A stretch of 12,845 bases of DNA from Azolla caroliniana (lineage: Eukaryota; Plantae; Polypodiophyta), in NCBI GenBank assembly GCA_043228905.1, contig JBHGNT010001026.1, positions 1 through 12,845 on the forward strand, read 5' to 3'. Shown in pieces: positions 9,185-12,845 of this stretch. The first letter of the stretch is position 1. Each line of letters opens with the position of its first letter. The notes beneath the pieces were generated by a model. It saw nothing but the letters and a program-made list of their open reading frames with translations, ran no database searches and was not told the DNA's origin. A program made the position numbers and the translations under genes.

Positions 9185-9249
9185 GAAATAGAGAGACATG
9201 AGTAATGGTTAGTCTCTCATTCTCTATTGATCATTATCAAGGGCTATCA

Positions 9250-9769
9250 TTTTTTTTATCTTTTTAAAAATAAATAAATAAAGATTCACCTTAGTACTAA
9301 TGGAAAGATGGCCAAAGTGTACAACGAATTCGTAGAGTAATTTATTATAACCCTCATACCCACATCAACCAACATGTCGAGTATCAAAAGCCCTCATGTA
9401 TGGTCCTTCCAAGACAAGGAGGCTGGAAAAAGCCATCTTGGAGGAGCATATCTCCACTTTATTCTCCTCCAAAAGAAGTGAAGACCTTTGCCTTTTTCCA
9501 AATTTCTCGAAATTATTTTTGTTTACGAATCACAGCATCAGGCTCACCAGTTATTGTGTCATATTGACCTCTTATTGAGTATGTAGGAGCATTAACCATA
9601 TCTCCTTGACTAACTCAACCGCATCCTGTTTGACTTTCTTACATACACATTTACATCTAGCCTTCCACAATACCCAAACTACGAAAGAAGATATCAAAGA
9701 CAAGACCTTGTCCCCTTCCAAACAACGGATTGTTGTAGTATAACCTCCAATACATGTCTTTCATCAGAG
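9250..9769 (-). mobile_element. 5'-truncated LINE (non-LTR retrotransposon): ORF2 C-terminus, 3' UTR and A-rich tail
   Basis: Flanked by 15-bp TSD TATCAAGGGCTATCA (9235-9249) and TATCAAGGGCCATCA (9770-9784). A-tail AAAAAGATAAAAAAAA on the minus strand (9265-9250). Translation DKVLSLISSFVVWVLWKARCKCV...EIWLMLLHT/RGQYDTITG...K*FREIWKKAKVFTSFGG/IKWRYAPPRWLFP contains the W.IWK.R motif of L1-type ORF2 C-termini, with two frameshifts and one stop. Confidence 0.88.
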
Positions 9770-10110
9770 TATCAAGGGCCATCATTTATGGGTTCCCATC
9801 CCACTTACCTTACATGATTTCCATATAAACCTCCTAATTGGGGAGAGGAGCGTGTTTCTCTTCATTACAACATTTCAAGTTCAAGGTCCTTCGAATTCCC
9901 ATGTTTTACATGTTCTCTTCTTTATTGTAAATGCCATGAAAGCTCTCATCTCAAGGTGCTTAGAAATTGGGGTTGTTTACAAACTCTTGCCTTTCCAACC
10001 ATTCACTTGAAGGTTCATGAATCCAACCCTTCTAAATCAGAAACCAAGGTTGCTAAGATGCAAAAAGAGATTATGTTCACCTTAACCAACATGGCGTAAA
10101 ACCAAGTTTT

Positions 10111-10823
10111 AAATATCAATTTCAAACCAATGGCTAAATTATGGATCATCATGAAAGTTGTACAAAAGATAGATATAGCAGTAAGAATCGTCAAACCTGG
10201 TCCAATTTAAAAAATGTTGTACATATATGGAGAACCATTCTTTCAAAACATTGTCCCAATTTACCAAGACATCATGGTTTTTTTCCAAGCTGTCTTGATG
10301 CACATATCATAATATTTGTTGTCTTGGAAGATATCAAAGTGCTTGAATTTATCACGACAAGGATTTCTTTAATCAAATATTGCCTATTAATCACCCTTGG
10401 GTGGTTTAGAAACAAATTTTTCTTAATCTTAGTTAAAAGGGCGACAATCAAAATCCACGACCTCATTATGGCCAACAAATTTAAATCTTGTAATTTGATG
10501 TGTTGTGAGTGTACAACTTGAAGTGAACTTAGAATCAACGTAGTCAAGCTCCTCACACTATTCTTCAAGTCAATAAATTCTAGATCTTTTGAAACATGAA
10601 CATTCTCCTTAGGAAGCTCCATTTTTTTATAGAACCATAAATCGTAGGATTTGAACTTTCAAATATCAATTCAAAGCATGGCTAAATTATAGATCACAGT
10701 GAAAGCAGTATAAAAGATAGATATAGTAGCAAGCATCATTAAACTTGGTCCAATTTAAACAATGTTGTACATACACAGAGAGCCACCCTTCGAAAACACA
10801 TTCCAACCTCACCAAAACTTCAT
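10111..10823. repeat. Diverged ~165-bp direct repeat pair (10111-10275 and 10661-10823)
   Basis: Both copies share aaatatcaatt..atggctaaattat.gatca...tgaaag..gta.aaaagatagatatag.ag.aag.atc.t.aaac.tggtccaatttaaa.aatgttgtacata...accaa.ac.tcat, offset by 550 bp. Confidence 0.9.
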
Positions 10824-11025
10824 TGGGATTGGATATGCAGGTAACATGGGATGAACACACGTAAATCAAGATAAAGTAAGGATGGGCGTACGAGTTTGTT
10901 TGCAACCAAATATTAAAATAGTCTTGGTGAGGGAATCGCGGTCACGGACGATGTGGGAATGGCTTCAATAATCCATTAAATCTACACCGTCTGGATCATT
11001 ATCCACAAAAAGCATGCACCCATTC

Positions 11026-11184
11026 CTAACTCCATTGTATCTAGCCTTTGTCACATCTAACCCATGTTTGTCTTGCCTCTATCATGTCTATCCCCAATTT
11101 GTCATGCCGCTATCACGTCTAACCTTGGTATGTCTTGCCTTTGTCACGTCTTAACCCCGTTGTGTCCTACCTCTATCACGTCTA
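11026..11184. repeat. Degenerate 31-bp minisatellite, about 5 copies
   Basis: Units start at 11038, 11069, 11100, 11131 and 11163; approximate consensus TGTCTTGCCTYTRTCACGTCTAACCCNNNTT. Confidence 0.9.
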
Positions 11185-11622
11185 CTTGAGCCAATGAATC
11201 TTCAAACCTAGCCTCCAGTTTATTGTGCATTCATCTATATTGTTGGTTCTACGTTTTGCAGTGCAACCTCTCTAGATGAGCATGACATACTCTTAACAAA
11301 ATTACATCAATGCTTGAGTGATACATATATGTATATGCATGAGTGATTTACCAAATGTGTTGATGAGTTGTTCAAGAATCTGAATTATGTTGCAAGTCAC
11401 GGTTATATCTTCAAATGCTACTAGAGTTTTCAAAAGCTACCACAATTTCATATACTTACATTATTGGAAGCAATGTAATCCATTCCACATACATACATAC
11501 ATCTTAGTCCAGCTTTGCTATCTCAGATTTACCCTAACATATCTTTAAGACACTAGTGCCATTTATTCTTGCTCCATTTATTATGTGCAGAAATCAAATG
11601 ACAACATATATTATAACCACCA

Positions 11623-11694
11623 GTCCACATGTATTCAAAAGACCACACATATTCCAAAGACCACATATATTCAGAAGAGAGCATATATTCAAGA
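11623..11694. repeat. Degenerate 18-bp minisatellite, 4 copies
   Basis: gtccacatgtattcaaaa / gaccacacatattccaaa / gaccacatatattcagaa / gagagcatatattcaaga. Related units occur at ~11600 and ~11738. Confidence 0.88.
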
Positions 11695-11820
11695 TTTCAT
11701 CACCAATCAAAATTTCTAGAGTTGTGTATGTTAAAAGACTACCATATTCAAGAGTTGCATATGTAAAGTATGCTCAAATTGACCTAAACGACTACCATAT
11801 GTTGTAACTGTGAAGTGCAT

Positions 11821-12240
11821 GCATGATCCACTAAAATATTGCAATGAAGGAATTTGTATCAAAACTGTTCATAACAACATCATGAATCATCATGGAAATC
11901 TTTGGCCTTTTTATGTGCCCTCATGTTTCCACAAGCATCACAAGGCAAAACACCATGAGCTTCTTCAAGTGAGCCACCTTCTTGAGCAATTTCTACATGT
12001 ACAGTCCATTTATCTAATGCCTCTAAGATTGTACACGCTCTGAAACCAGCAACTAATGTTGCTAAAGTTAAAGATAAACCATCTTGTTGCATTTTCTTAA
12101 AACCATGCAAGACTTGCTCACCTAGACCATGTTTACCATATCTTGTAAGAAGAGCACTCCAAGAGACAACATCTCAAACATGCAAAAAATCAAATATATA
12201 TGCATATATTCAATTAAGCCACATTTACAATACTTGTCAA
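11821..12240 (-). pseudogene. PLS-class pentatricopeptide repeat (PPR) pseudogene fragment
   Basis: Minus-strand translation DKYCKCGLIE / IFDFLHV*DVVSWSALLTRYGKHGLGEQVLHGFKKMQQDGLS...FRACTILEALDK..VHVEIAQEG GSLEEAHGV.. DACGNMRAHKKAKDFH / MIHDVVMNSFDTNSFI / NILVD shows hallmark S, P and L motif fragments (DMY.KCG, RDVVSW.A.I.GY..HG, KAC...A..KG..IH). It carries frameshifts, a stop in place of R at 12176-12174, and internal deletions. It may extend further toward 12600. Confidence 0.85.
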
Positions 12241-12845
12241 ATATGAAAAATTAGAATATTCATTGCATTACTCTCCAGTTGCATAATCTTCACGACACAT
12301 ATCCCATTGCCATGAAATGTGGTATTTCCTAGAAGCCATCCACCCATCCTCATCCTATTCTTAAAGAAGCCAAATGTTTTCTGCTAGAGTTTAAACCAGT
12401 TGCAAAATCTACACACCGGATCAGACAACTAATGATATGATTGACATATTGGTGCGCGTCATGTTTTTGCTCCACAAGTAACCAAGGCCAAAAAAACCTT
12501 TCTCTCAGATAGATGTTTTTCACAAGTATATATGAAGAGAATGAGCATGTACAATATATTGGCATGTCCATTCACGCCATGTGAATCCAACCGATGAAAA
12601 GACACAACATCCAAATACATTGTCATACTGTTGCAAGCTCTGCATGACATCACATGCTAGGGTTGGTAAATCAGAAAGAAGAAATTACATGACATAATCT
12701 TTCTACACATCTATCAACTCACAAACGAATTTGGGTCAGATAAATAAAGCTAGGTTCTGTCAAACTACCATATATTATGGACATAGAGTTTCATACATTA
12801 TGGAACTTCATTCTTCTGACGAGGGATATATGAGTGACAAAATCT

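Noticed and set aside
11026-11184. 31-bp repeats as a CRISPR-like array
   Set aside because: The units are head-to-tail and degenerate with no unique spacers, there are no cas genes, and the context is eukaryotic.
11395-11485. Possible + strand PPR trace (ATRVF/QKLPQ...W)
   Set aside because: It needs several frameshifts and is too short to distinguish from chance.
11556-11807. ORF with RPHIF repeats
   Set aside because: It starts with GTG, its periodicity comes from the 18-bp minisatellite, and nothing else supports coding.

Overview
AT-rich land-plant nuclear DNA. The style of the PPR and LINE fragments suggests a fern, but that is inference. The only host gene is a divergent minus-strand nascent polypeptide-associated complex alpha (NACA)-like locus. 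It has an intact terminal exon (6295-6636: second half of the NAC domain plus the UBA domain) and a probable short first exon (8278-8346) with a TATA box and CTT-rich leader. The middle exons (acidic tract, KQSRSEKK...KLGMK...VTIK) survive only as a frameshifted relic near 6670-6727. The rest is a transposon graveyard. It holds a solo LTR with a perfect 5-bp TSD (4193-5015), a Mutator-like inverted-repeat element in the promoter (~8631-8865), and a 5'-truncated LINE with A-tail and 15-bp TSD (9250-9769). There are also two possible tRNA-derived SINE heads, a possible Helitron 3' end, a collapsed PLS-class PPR pseudogene (~11821-12240), mini- and microsatellites, and a ~165-bp direct duplication. 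No prokaryotic-type system is present, and I found no clearly novel biological system. The most interesting item is the internally decayed NACA paralog.
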